Source: Diadema antillarum (lineage: Eukaryota). Taken from it: a stretch of 64,000 nt of DNA. Positions within the stretch are counted from its first letter, which is position 1; each line of letters begins with the position of its first letter. Below the pieces are notes generated by a model that saw only the letters and a program-made list of their open reading frames with translations, did no database searches and was not told where the DNA came from. The stretch lies in the NCBI RefSeq assembly GCF_040938485.1, contig NW_027271689.1, positions 1,240,001 through 1,304,000 of the forward strand, given 5' to 3'. The position numbers were made by a program, and so were the translations under genes. Shown piece by piece: positions 25,080-38,259 of the stretch.

Positions 25080-25100
25080 GTTTGTTTGTGTGTGTGTGTG
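25030..25100. repeat. (GT)n microsatellite
   Basis: Direct read; other (GT)n tracts at 26709-26742 and 30180-30250, (GA)n at 10446-10473 and 24828-24855. Confidence 0.95.
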
Positions 25101-26711
25101 TTAATGGGCATGCTTTTGTTGAGACTGTTTGCATATAACATGTTACCGTCGACCTCGTGCGTAACGTAATCGATGACTTCGAAGAGAAAACGGGCAGCTG
25201 CTCTATCTTGACCGATATAATAGACATGCCACAACATCCAAGAACAGTCACGGTTTCATATCTTGGAAGTGTAAAAAATTTGGTGATTATCTTCACCCAA
25301 TGACTTATAATAAACATTTGAGACAACTTTACTAGGTATTTTATTATCTATATTTTATTCTAGTTTTTTCTTATCTTTATTCTATTCTGATGGGATTTGA
25401 ATAGGAATTCATGATTTTATCATCTTCCCACACGAAATGCCATCTTGAAATGTCTTTTTTTTTTCTATATTCTGCTTGGTCCTTTTAGTTTCTGAGAAAG
25501 GCGTGGGAGTCTTGAACCTCAACGAAAAAATATAATGTGGATGGTAATTCATCCTCGATACGGGGAATTACGTTGATGAATTGTGTACTTCAGATCATTT
25601 TCCCAGTGTAATAATTGGAATATATCTGTCACTACGCTCAAGACCGGATGTAATGCGTGCATGTGCCGTCATGCTGGTGATCGAACTATGCTATCCATGA
25701 AAGGGAAAGGTAAACGCCTGTAGACTGAAAACAAGTCCCTTGCATTGTTCTTTAGGCCAGTTTGTAGCTCCACCTTGCGCATGCGCAGAAAAAAACACAT
25801 TCTTTTGTCATTAACAGGCATGCTGGTTGTTAAATTCACTGAAAAGAAATATCAGTGAAGTAATGATTATTCTTGACGTAATCCTCATGATAAATGGTGC
25901 TCGCCAGCATGTCCCCCTGACAGCAAAACAAAACAAACAAAACCCCCCCCCAAAAAAAAAACAAAAAACCCAAACAAACAAAAGTATTCATTAACATGAT
26001 CAAAAGCCTTTAGTTCTTGGCAATACTGATAGAAAAGATAATGTAAATACATTCGATGCAAGACAATGAAACGGATGCTTCTCCAAATATCCTCAAGTGT
26101 TGGTTTACGGGGCCTTTCTAGTCACCTGGACTACGAAGATTAATTCTTTCTTTTGATAAGAGTGTCATTAATCATTATGTCAGGCAAAGTAATGCTATGT
26201 TACGTTGGCAACGCTTGAAGTACCCAACCAACTGTAAAAAAATCTACTTTGTCTAATGTGCACATGAGCTAATTAAGAACTAGCTTATTGTTTTATACAT
26301 TGTCTTTCCTGTCATGAGAAATGGTGAGAGGGGCACTAGCTTATGATAATTACGACAAGGGCAAGAAAATATTTCAAGCTTAATGGCAAACGATGTTCTT
26401 TTCTATTTCTTAGGACAATCTGAAAACAATGGAATTTACTTTAATTGTTTTGAATAATTAACAATGCTTCGCAGTTATTGTTTTTTTTTTGTGTTGTTGC
26501 TGTTTTTTTAACAGGGTGAAAAGAAGCTTGCGCTTCGCGCTTTGACTCCTATGATTGTGAAAACATAATATATATACAAGTTATATCCATCTCTTTTGGA
26601 ATCGTGATTCCAGCGTAGATTTGAGAACTATAATTTATGTAGTTTTGTTGCTTGCAATGACAAATAGCCGGTTTATGATTAGTTGGTCGTGCGATGGGAG
26701 TATATGTGTGT

Positions 26712-26743
<32 letters not shown>

Positions 26744-27805
26744 CATTTTCATAAGAAATCGGTGATTTTGCCATAACGCCTCCAATCGCCAGTCTTCCCC
26801 TTTAACCTGTCGCCAAAACAAACTAACGGAAGACGGATCAGTCCAGACATCGTAATAATGTGTAAACATAAACTTCCGTCGCATGCTTTCCTTGTTAACC
26901 AGCGGCTCTACGTGTTTGCTCATTTCGTGTAGAAACATCCATATTTCGCATCTCCAAAACCGACGTTGATCAATGTGGCGAATAACGTATCTCTTGAGCA
27001 AGGTGCTATACTCTTTTACCTTTATCATATAAAGATTATACATAATAATGATTATACAAGTAACATCTCACTGTTTTCTCGGGACTACCACACCAATTCG
27101 CAAACTCAGTACATGATGAATTCGGAGTGTTATGTTGATAAAAGTATATTAACAAAAACTACAATAAAATAGGCATACACATTTATATCTAATGATTTGT
27201 TAATTAAGTCAACACATTTAAAAGATTTGCATGTCTTGTCCAGAAAAAAAAAAACTGCAGGTCGTTACTATACAGGAAAAATCTTAGCATCAAGAACAGT
27301 AACAAAAAGACGAGACTAACGTTTGGAAATCTCTCATACCACGTAGGTTCTATCATATTCTTAAAATGTAATTGCTTTTATCTGTGGTACTTTTGAAAGT
27401 TTTTTTAGTAGGGTATTTCCGGGAATGACAAATTTCAGATGAGGCTTAATTGACCAATGCTTTGGTCATACAATTTATGCAACTCAAATAAATTCATGAC
27501 AACGCCGTAATCTCACAGAAAATATTCACAAGCCCTAAGGTGGAAAGGTATAACAGCAAAAACATTGTTTGAATTTAACATTTGTAAATTCATGGGTGAC
27601 CCCCCCCCCCCCCCCCCACCGCCTCCCTCCCCCGCTGGTAAAATATTTGGGAATACTTCTCTTCGTTGGTCAGCAGCCTTAACAACGCTCGCAGTTGTCC
27701 TGGAAACAGAATGAGCTCGTATTTGCTTGACCATCACACTGGTCGATACGTAACGTTAAAATCTTCATGAATCGATAGAGTCATCGTTCAAACACTGTCC
27801 ATAAT

Positions 27806-29741
27806 TTACAGGCGATACACGGGCTCGAAGTTGGCACAGCCGGTGACTCTCCGAAGGGCGCCTTGTCCCGTCAGAGTCAAATCCATTCGATTGATCTCAC
27901 AGGTGCCGTCTCTAAGGAGATTGAAGGAAAGACACTTGCCTTCGATCAGGCAGAGCGTCGAGCACGACACGGTGGTCATAGCATGGGCCTTTCTCACCAC
28001 GTGGCCTGTTAGACAGAAGTTGATCGTCAGTCGTCTCACTTCGAACGAAGTCACCAAGTTCTTTCCGGAAAGCTCTGTAAAACCAGCAATATTTGACATG
28101 AACATATATGGTTTTTTTTTCTCCACTATCCCAAGCCAAGACGAAGTATCTAAAGTTTGTGTATTTCATTAGGCCCTCCTTATCTATCTTATTTCTATCC
28201 ATCTCTTTATATAATCCATCCTTAAATACATACAGGTCAAGTCTATGAAATACCTATCACATTAACTCTCATACTGTTTATTTCATTTTCAACGTTATTA
28301 TTGTTATCATTATTATCATTATATTATTAGCAGTAGTACAAGTAGTAGTACAAGAAGTGGTCTTCGTGATAGTAGTATCATAATTATTTTTAAGGTTTAC
28401 GGACTTTATCGACTTCTGACACCTGACACCTGACATCTCTTACATGTAATTAACTATTTTATTATCAGCCTCAATATTTTGTCTTCTTGTAATTTTACGC
28501 GAGACTGAGTGGATGTCTAGCTGCTGAGAGATATTTGACCAGCCCTGATCACACTGATGATATCAACGGCTACATTTCTTTATTCCGAAGGTTCATTAAT
28601 CCGGAGGATCGTTAATCCGAAAATGAAGAAAAGTTCGTTATCCCGAAGTTTCTTTAATCCGAATATGAAATACGGTTCGTACTTCTTTATATAGTATGCA
28701 TCTCTCTCTTCTCTCATTTTCATTTGACGATTAACAAACCTTGAGGTTTAATTTTCAGATTAATGAACCTTGAACAACGAACATCATCCGAAATCAATAT
28801 CCTGCATCTACTATACACATACTCGCACGCCCACACACGATACCTACTCACCTGCTACTTTCTGACACATCGTGTAATGATAGCTGGCTGGATGATCATC
28901 CGAGGTTACCAGGGTTTGGGTGTTGAGGACCAAGGATGCGGCTAAGCTCTCGTTTATACTGGGCGTCTCATGGGCCCAGCCTAAAGAGAAGAAGTACGTC
29001 GCACACAGAAAGCAGTGGGGATGAATGCAATATCAAAATGTCAAAATAATGGATAGACTAAGGAGGTATCACACATATACATTGGATGCACTGATAGCAA
29101 TTGGAACTTTGGGCTTACGCTTTACGACAGGTAAGAAGACAGCTGCAGAAATTGGTTAGCGTGAAGAGGGCAAGCAAAGAAAGAATAAGAGAGAAGAAAG
29201 AGAGACAGAAAGGTAAGGAGAGAGTGTTTGTGAGGAACAGAAATTACGTACAATTTATTCACATGGATGATTGCGAATAGAATTATCACCGTTAATAGAA
29301 TTATTTGACACTACTTTTTTATCCTACACACGAAATTACAACAGACACGTACATTCGGAAATTCAATGGAGAAATATACAGCTTTCTTTGTATAGATTTA
29401 CATGCGTTACTTTTGTCACTGAAGAAAGTGAGATTTATGTTTATACATTATTTCATTGTGAAAAAAACCCCCGGAATAAATTTGAACTGAACTGAACTGA
29501 ACTGAACAGCTTGAGTAACGCCGAAATGTAGAATACACTAACACACGTGCATTTGTGCATTCTTGTTATAATGTGAAAATACTTGATATCATCAAGGAGC
29601 TATATATTCATTCTAATTAACTTGTTGTAGTTAAGCGTTTAAAGGGGCAGCCCATGTGTATCCTGAATGTATAAAAACTAAGTCTAAAATTTTAAACGAT
29701 GTATATCACGAACTTGCATCAGAAGTAGAAATATGTATATA

Positions 29742-29810
<69 letters not shown>

Positions 29811-30214
29811 TGATTATATATGGATGTTATTGACTTGAACGATAATCCGCACTTTTTTATCTTTTGATATAAGCATTAATCTTTCTTTCCTTTATGATTA
29901 TCTTTTGATGGGCCTAGTAAGATTATTCTTACTACATGTACTCTGGTGCAGTGTTTTGTCGTTAACCTGTTGGTGGTTTATTTCGTAAATGTTATTGTGC
30001 ATTTAGATTTGTGTAAGTCATGTATCTGGGTCTTTCAATACTTCTTTATGACTTTAATTTTGCATTATCATGTTTGGTCAAATGTCAAGAAAGAGGATCA
30101 TTATATTAAGTGATGTGTAGAGCTGAGTATTAATTCTGTTTCTCTTTGTCAGAAACAGCAACCTTTCTTATTTGGATCATGTGTGTGTATGTGTGTGTGT
30201 GTGTGTGTATGTGT

Positions 30215-30253
<39 letters not shown>

Positions 30254-31537
30254 GTTGATTGATCGTTTTATTTGAGGTTTAGCGTTTAGTAGCTCGAGAA
30301 GGTATCATGACGATATTCCAGAATAGAAAATGGGAAGGGAATCGTTTTCATTATCAATTAAAATACCATAATACATGCAAAACAAACTAGCAAACAAACA
30401 AACATACGACATATTAGCTCAAGATTATCAAATAATTATGGCAGATACAATTTTCGTTATTTAGACAAAATGTAGGTGATAATGATGTGACCCACTTGCA
30501 AGTGAATCGGGTATGACACGATAGCATACCTTGAAAAATCTCCTTGTCGTCAACGCAACTCCACGTTTTCGTACCCTTTGCACGCCTACAGCCGAGCCAT
30601 ATATTTTTGAGAACATTGGACGGTTGCAGTGCCAGACGGCTCAAGAAATAAACCTGGCGTCGGGAATGAGCGGTAACCAAGTCTCCACCTACCGACTGGC
30701 AAAATGCGAGCGCATCTGACCACTGCGACACGCCTTTTTCCTTAGAGTAGCAGTAGCCATCCCAATATGTCCAGTCGGCTGGACACGCCGGCGATTCTAC
30801 GGAATAAAATGTTTCATTCGGAGAGCGCTTCTCACTGTTGTTTTCATATCGTGATGTCCAGTATAATAATACTATACAAAGAATGATGAAAACTGACGTA
30901 AAAATTCATTAAAATGCGAAAAGTCATCACAAGACTTTAAAGACCAACATAATAATATGGCAAGATCTTTCTATAAACTTGGGATGGGATGATTTAACAA
31001 ACAAGGAAGACACAACGAAATTTTTTGCTGTCACTATGAGCAGATGAGGGTATCAAAATGTTACGTTCTAAATGATATTTATGAGTGTGGTTATAAAACT
31101 TAAATCTGGCTCGACGTGAACGTTTCTCACTCAAAAAGGAATAGGTTTCAACGCATTTGCCTTTCCCAGTTTTCTAATTTTGATTTTTTTTTTTCTGACA
31201 GTGGTTTTACAGTGTGACGTCCAACATTTCCCTGTAGTCATGATGCGACCAATCAATGGCTTCCTGCTCGGAAATATTTTTCATCAATCTTTAGTCATTG
31301 CACGCTGCCTAAACTTGGAGGAAGATATCTTTCAGAGCGATACAATCAATTTCAGGATTGAGTGCCGGGAACACCAGAAAGAATGGAAATGTCCAACTTT
31401 TAATAGGATCACTTTATCAACTCAGGTTTAGAAACGTGTCTTTCTCTTTCATTCCACTCACCCGACAAGTCTGCAGCCGACACTATGCCCATAGATGTGG
31501 TCAGGATGACGAAGAATGCCTTACAGATATCGGACAT
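27806..31537 (-). CDS. Secreted C-type lectin-like domain + PAN/apple domain protein, 246 aa
   Basis: Exons 31537-31462 (signal peptide MSDICKAFFVILTTSMGIVSA, GTGAGT donor), 30796-30530 (CPADWTYWDGYCY..WSDALAFCQSVGGDLV..IWLGC), 28980-28852 (GWAHETPS..YTMCQK) and 28074-27806 (CLTGHVVRK..SCSTLCLIEGKCLSFNL..TCEIN..GC, TAA). All three introns are phase 1; total 741 nt. Confidence 0.88.
28570..28800. repeat. Dispersed repeat with tandem TTCGTTAATCCGAA-type subrepeats, in the lectin gene intron
   Basis: Repeated GGTTCATTAATCCG / TTCGTTATCCCGAA motifs; a related copy lies at about 35800-36170. Confidence 0.45.
29733..29805. repeat. (TA)n microsatellite
   Basis: Direct read. Confidence 0.95.
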
Positions 31538-32802
31538 ATTTTGTTTTCTGTTCCTCTGCGCGAAGCTCTGCAACTCGTTAAAAAGAAAAATAAGAAGCCT
31601 TGTTGGTAAATCAACAGACTATGCTCAATCAGGTGGTTCTAGTGCCTACTCTCCTCCAGATTCCAAAGCAGGGGAAGCGACTACCATAGGGTCTGGGTGC
31701 GATGCGCTGGAATTATGTCAGTTGGTGGAAAGAGCACTGAATAGTCTGACAAGTCAACAAACTCTGCCATGGGCTTCTGAGGAAAGAGAGAGAGGGAAAT
31801 GCGATCGAAGATTGGCGCGCAAAATGTATTCGTTACCAGGAACGCGGCAGGCATTCAGCTTGCGTCTGACGCTAGTGCCATAATTATGACAAATGAGTTA
31901 GTTTGCAGTGATCGTATGTCTCCCCATTGTGTAAAGAATGCCATTCCATCTTACAATTGTTATTGCTTTCTGTAAAGTGAGAAAGGAGTCCACGCACAAT
32001 GATGTCCTGCATAAATAGGCTTATTTGATCGATTTCCGATAACCACCTAGCGGTAAAAGAAATATACAAAACACCACCCTTACCCCTTGAAAATGTCCTT
32101 GAAAAACATTGAAATTTCAAATTTATTTCAGTTGATGATCATGTATCTCATAATCTTGTCACATTACAAGAACAATGCGCTGTCCGCTATCATCACTATT
32201 AAACGCTGACTATTTTATACAAGCTATAAGCAGGGAGGTCACCTCCCTGCTACAAGGCGTGCAACCTTCATATGCACAATACTAAACATTGTGTCAGATA
32301 AGTAACAAACAGACAGACAAACAAACGTTTTATGGAGAAATGAAGAAAACAGTTGGCAAGCACCAATAAATATATCGGCAAAATGAATTTGTCTGTCATT
32401 CTTATCACATAATGTCAGGGCCCCATGGAAGACCAGAAGTGACTATCATTGTCATGCACTACTGAAAATGGGCTACCCTCCGTATGTTTTTTTTTCTTTT
32501 CTGGACCTTTATATATGAAATATGCTGATTTTTAATACGGAAATAAAACGAACAAACAAAACACAATGTCACAGGCTAAAAGTTGCCCCAAGTAAGTAAG
32601 GACAGCTCAATCATTACACTAGTGATGTATAGACTAATTGGAGTTGACAAAGTACTGCCCACTTCTCATAATCTGCACCGGGATTGACACGCGATACATT
32701 GTGCAGAGACGTACCAGCAGAATGATCCATGGTTAATGCGCGTGATCACCTCATACAGACTGTTTTAGCTTCGAGGTACATGTACTAGTATCAATTTTTA
32801 AC

Positions 32803-35800
32803 ATGGCGTCAGACATAGAATCGGACGAAGGGGTGATCGCGGCCCTAGTTCGCTTCTTGAACCCTTTCCCTGGAAATTTGGAGGTCCTCATCTGGATCCA
32901 GTCAGCTACAGTTGCTATATCCGTCCTTGCCATTGCTGTGTTGCTGTGGATCTGTTGCCGAGGACGACGATGGAAGGAGCTCGACGTCGAACCCGTGCCC
33001 TTCATGTGTCTCTTCATAGGTCAGTGAGGATTGATAGCGAGATAACAAAACGCAATGTAATCTGCGCGTTATTGTGGAATTGATATTCGTCATAATTATT
33101 TTCCCTATATTTTTCCCCTTTAGATATGGAAAATGTTAGCAACAGTGTTCGCTGTCTCTTAGACTCATAATACCCGTATAATACATTGCAGTTACTATTG
33201 AATCATTAGACATTCTTAATAATCAAATACATATCTATTTTGAAACCTACTCCTTCAGCTATATTATAAACAGTATAGGTCCAACAATCAATTTTCGTAG
33301 GACATTTTCATTTGGCAAATTTCCGCAGGATTGTAAGGTGAAATCAGGTACAATTTTCAACACCCATCGGACATTACATATTATGATTAGAAAACAAAAT
33401 GTTTTGTGGGATTAAAGATCCATTAATTTGCTATTAATGGACAATCGAGTTGAATTATTAATAAAGTCATGCTTTGTTCTCTCCATAATAATGGTGAAAA
33501 ATCTGCACTTCAACTACTAACATGTTCATTACAAACTTACTTATGGATGCTTTTTTATACTGTAATTCTCGTTGCGTTTTTCTTTTCATTCCAGCTTTCC
33601 GGCTCTCTTATAGCGTGTGCTTTCAATTTGCTTAAAAAGTCATTGTTTCAACTGGACCCTTTGGTAGACAGTTCTCCCGCAACATCAGCTGCTTGTATAC
33701 TGATTTATTTTTGTATTTCGCCATGTTACGTGATATGATTTTACACAGGAATAAAGTCATATCGAATCGTATGTCATTAATTCTGTGATGATCAATATAA
33801 GCAACTTTGCTGGTACCTTGTGACCGAAAACAAAAGTAGTACTCCTATACACACAGGTATACGTCAATGTATTCAGTTAACGCAAATCAGTATACTATCT
33901 CTCATAGGCACATGCTTCTTTTGTTGACACATAAGAATAACAGGCAACTCGTCTGGTTTCTTTATACTTCAAGACATAATGTAATTTTTTCCATGCTCGA
34001 TTTAATAGTTTGAAGAGTATAGGCGAAAGTCTGACAGAATTACTAACAACACTCGACTATAATTGTATTAAGTTCAAGATATCCCCATATAAAATGATAA
34101 TTACATGCATAACTACGTGTGTCTGCGTCGTGCATTCGTGTGTATATTAATGTGATACCGGATTCATCCTTTAACCATTAATGTTTTATATGTTCTCCGT
34201 TTGTAATGGCAATATAAACCTTTGTTGAATAGCGTAATGAGGGTTTTTTTGTATAATTTAAAAAGAAGAAAGAAAAGAACGCTGAATCTAAACTACTGCT
34301 CATCTTCTTTCTCTTCGTCTCCTGCTCAGATAGCACATGGCTGGACAGATTGTCTGTTTTTGCATGGCTGAACCGCACGCTCCTGCGTAATAGATGGAAA
34401 ACAGAGCGAGAAATGCTGCTCACTGGAATCAGCGAAATGTGTCAGTCGTCTACGACGCAGCATGTACAACATCCAGTTCTTGTGACGTCATCCGTGAAAA
34501 CAACGCTGGACCTTTTCTTTCGAGTCCAGAAGTACCCCTCTGAGTCGGAGGTTATCGTCACTGCTATCAACGCGTATGATACAATTCAAGTCATCCTCCA
34601 TCATGGCTTACACGTGGTTCCTCTGGACATCGATAAAGATACTCTCTCCCCAAACATAGAGGCATTGCGTCACGTGATCAACGAAAACACAGTGGCCCTT
34701 TTTGTGTCACACCTGTACGGGCGGTTGTCGGACCTGACCCAGATAGCCGATATTGCTCACGAGCACGGGGTTCATTTATTGGAGGACTGTTCCCAAGCTT
34801 GCACCAGCCCCGTGGACAGCGCCAACCCCGAGTCTGATCTGGCCTTCTTCAGTTTTGACACCATTCACCCCTGTACGGCACATGGCGGCGCCATAACCAG
34901 AGTCAAGGACAAATATCTCCTGGCCAAAATGAAGGAACTGCACGAGACTTATCCAGTCGGCTCTGAAGTGAAGTATGTGGAGAACATACTGAAAACTTCC
35001 GTGGTGGCACTGACTCTCAACCATCCGCGGTTCACCAAACTCACCATGTTGTTGTTGAGACCGTTCAAGGTTGACCTCAAGGAGAAGGCAAATGCGTTCC
35101 TAACAGCGCCCCCACAGGCTGGATTGTTACGTCTTCTTCGAGACCAACCTCCAACGGCATTGCTGTTCATGCTACACAGACGGTAAGAACCGATGCATGT
35201 GATAACAAAACAAAAACAACGAATACAATAACAACATAAAATCACTCAAATTCAAGGGTTGATGAAATCTGTTCCATTTAAGATTTGAATCGAATCTGGA
35301 AGAAAATGTGTTAGCATGCAGAAAATGTAGTGTACACCAGAATGTACAGACATAAAAACCAGGGCCTAGGTTTATGATTAACAAGCTCCGTCGTTATACA
35401 TGCATGTTTAGTAGCAGAAATATGATGGTCGAACCAGCCAGGTGAATAACCTGAGAAGTCATAGATTTAGAAAAAAAAAAATGCTCGTACATACAGTGGC
35501 AATCCACAACTTTAAAGGTCTCTGCGATAAATGGTAGACCAAATTGGACTTCTTATTGGAAATAGTAAAAAGACTGCTATTAATCAACGTTTGCGTCTAT
35601 AAAGTGCATTAGATGACGATGACAATAACAGTGAAAAGGATAAAGAGTGCAATGATAAAAGTATGCTCTTGTCATTTTTGTAGCCTCCAGCGCTGTTTTC
35701 CTATGAGAGGGCCCCACCATTGTTCTTGTTCTAGCATTACCACGTACAACTTTTGGGAAGAGAGGAACATTAGCCTACAGTCTACAGTGTATAGCTGGTA

Positions 35801-37595
35801 AACGGATGATGTTCGTCACTCCGACGGTTCATTATTCCGAAACAGACAGATTCTCTACACAAAAGTACCTAGGTGTTCGTTAATGCGAAAATGAACATTT
35901 TAGGGTACGTTAATCCGAATATTTTGTGGCATTATTCCGAAAGTTCGGTTTTCATCCGAAAATGAGTTCAGATTCGTTATTCCGAAAATGGGAAACAATA
36001 TGTGTACTCTAACGAACCTTCGGAATTATGAAACTTATTTCATTTTTGCATTAACCAGCCGTCGGAATAACGAACTTATTTATCATTTTATTCAGACTAA
36101 CGAAGCTTCAAAGAAACGAGCCTTAGAACCTTGGGAATAACAAATCTTCAGAATAACGAATTGTAAGGGTACCGCGGGTGGGATTCAAACCCAGGACATT
36201 ATTGCTGGAACAATAATTGATCAAGAATCTCGTCTACTGTGACCCAAAGGTTGTTCTTTAATCAGTATTACACGTTTCCTATTAGGTGTTTGTCATAAAA
36301 TGTGACCCTGTATATGACTATACACCATTATGATGTTAAAATTATTGATAATAAACTTGTTATCGATCTTTGCACATGACTGATGTAGGTTGAAAAATTT
36401 CGATCCGACCGATTTCGACAAGTCACGAGAGACAGGGGACTACGTGTCGGAGAGGATGCCGCAGGTTGCGGGGCAGATTGGCATGAAGGCCCTGGTGAGA
36501 GGTTACTGGCTCTATCCTATTCTAGTGGTAAGTGGTAAAATACACGATCTACAAAATCACACATTCTGCCCTGCCTTGACATAACAAATCAAGTTTAAAA
36601 AAATGTTATGTTTCTTATAAATGAATAATAATTATCAGTAGAATATAATATTTTTTTTAACCTAAAGATTGGTATCAATGCAATTATTATGATGTTTTGA
36701 CGAAGGTATTTTCAGTAAGATTCGTGTTTCTGCTCAAACGTTAATGTTCAAGTATATCAAGTGAAGTCCTATTTAAAGGCAGTAATAACCCGGATTTTGA
36801 TGAGACATTGTATGTCACCGCGCTTCTTCCTGTCAAATGAGGACAGCATGATTTCATTGATTGTCTGTCAGCATGATTGTCTCTTTCACACAGAGATATG
36901 ATTTCGATTGTGGTAATCAGAAAGACTGCTCAGTCAATTCCAATTGAATCAATGGCAACATCGTTAAAAGATGATAATATGGTAAGAGTGATAATATCGT
37001 AATTAAGCTGTAATACTCTATCCGCCTGCACTTTGTCTTCTTTGGTATCCGTATAATCACTTAAAGTTTCAGACTACATCCCCGTTCTATTTGTGCCGTT
37101 ATAATGCAGAATGATCCGGACGAAGTTGTACGTCGCTTAAATCTTCTGGGGATCGAGGCAGCGAGGCAAGTAACTCAGTTGACCCTAATCACGGCTCCTG
37201 CAACTCAAAGTTCCGTGTCTGACTCGGTTGAACCTCCTCTCATGGGAGTGGATTCCAGCCAATGTCCACTTACCACAGCCACCTTCATCATTGACCACGT
37301 CGTCTACCTGCCCGTCCACAAGCGCGTCGCGCGACATCACCTTGAGCAGGTCTGCCTCGCCGTTGAGATCGTTGTCAACAAGCTGGCCATACTAAAACGC
37401 TACCGAGCCAGACTAAAGGACGCCGCCTCGTCGGCGCGAGGATCGCACGAAGTCTCAAACTCTGGTCCGTATGGTCCAGTCGCCTCTCGGAAGACCAAGG
37501 ATTCGAATCGTAGACGCACTGTTTCCTTCAATCCCAGCGTCAAGATGTTCGCCCAAGTACCAGCTTCCCAAACAGAAGGACCCAAGTCAACATGA
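32803..37595 (+). CDS. DegT/DnrJ/EryC1/StrS-family (fold type I PLP) aminotransferase homologue with N-terminal transmembrane anchor, 564 aa; catalytic Lys replaced by His
   Basis: Exons 32803-33019, 34330-35182, 36389-36527 and 37110-37595 (TGA), phases 1, 2, 0. Family motifs: EVIVTAIN..TIQVILHHGLHVVPLDIDKDTL..ALRHVINENTVALFVSHLYG..IADIAHEHGVHLLEDCSQA, FSFDTIHPCTAHGG, WLYPI, YLPVH. Confidence 0.88.
35800..36170. repeat. Dispersed repeat of the same TTCGTTATTCCGAA family, in a DegT-like gene intron
   Basis: Inverted arrays of TTATTCCGAA / TTCGGAATAACGAA motifs. Confidence 0.45.
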
Positions 37596-38259
37596 TCCAT
37601 TCTAAAGTTCCGTTTACTTCCTCGGGACGACTACCAGTTTTCAAGATCATTAGTAATGGAGTATTGAGAATTAAACTTTATGGGCATAAAGTGTTATCTT
37701 GTTATGTCAATACAGAAATATTCCTTCCAGTTACAAATACACAGCTACTGAAAATTATTTTCATCTTTGAGCAGTGAACAGTTTATAATGTGAATCTGAT
37801 ATGCATACCTCTGCAGCCACAGCCCCTGGTTTGATGTAAGCGTATTAACTGATTAATGTTTTATACTCCTTTTAATGTGATATCTAGATTCTTTTAAACC
37901 ATCGGTGTCAGGACATCGCATTAACTTCATTTTCCCTCTTCATTTCCATTTCATCATTCGGTCGTATCATCGCCGTGTCATAGGGGTAGGTTTGCCTTGT
38001 CATATAGATATCAAAGCCGGCAGCAGTTCCAGAATAATTCGCATGTGATCACGTCTCTTAGACAAAATTGTGTTCGTGCCCACTGTTATCCTGAAACGCC
38101 ATGCAACAACACATGTGTCACAAAAAATCATAGCCTGCCATTCGATTATGTAAATAACGACAAGCATACATGCAAGGGTGTTTCACAATTATTGAATTGT
38201 ACCACCATACTATTTTAATGATGATGTACGCACAACGACGGAACTATGTATTAGCTATA

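Noticed and set aside
24908-25326. ORFs with HT/CV dipeptide runs (also 55197-55840 and 29656-29838)
   Set aside because: Translations of (GT)n and (TA)n microsatellites.
36172-36250. tRNA-like B-box on the minus strand (GGGTTTGAATCCC)
   Set aside because: No cloverleaf or good A-box; at most a decayed SINE head.
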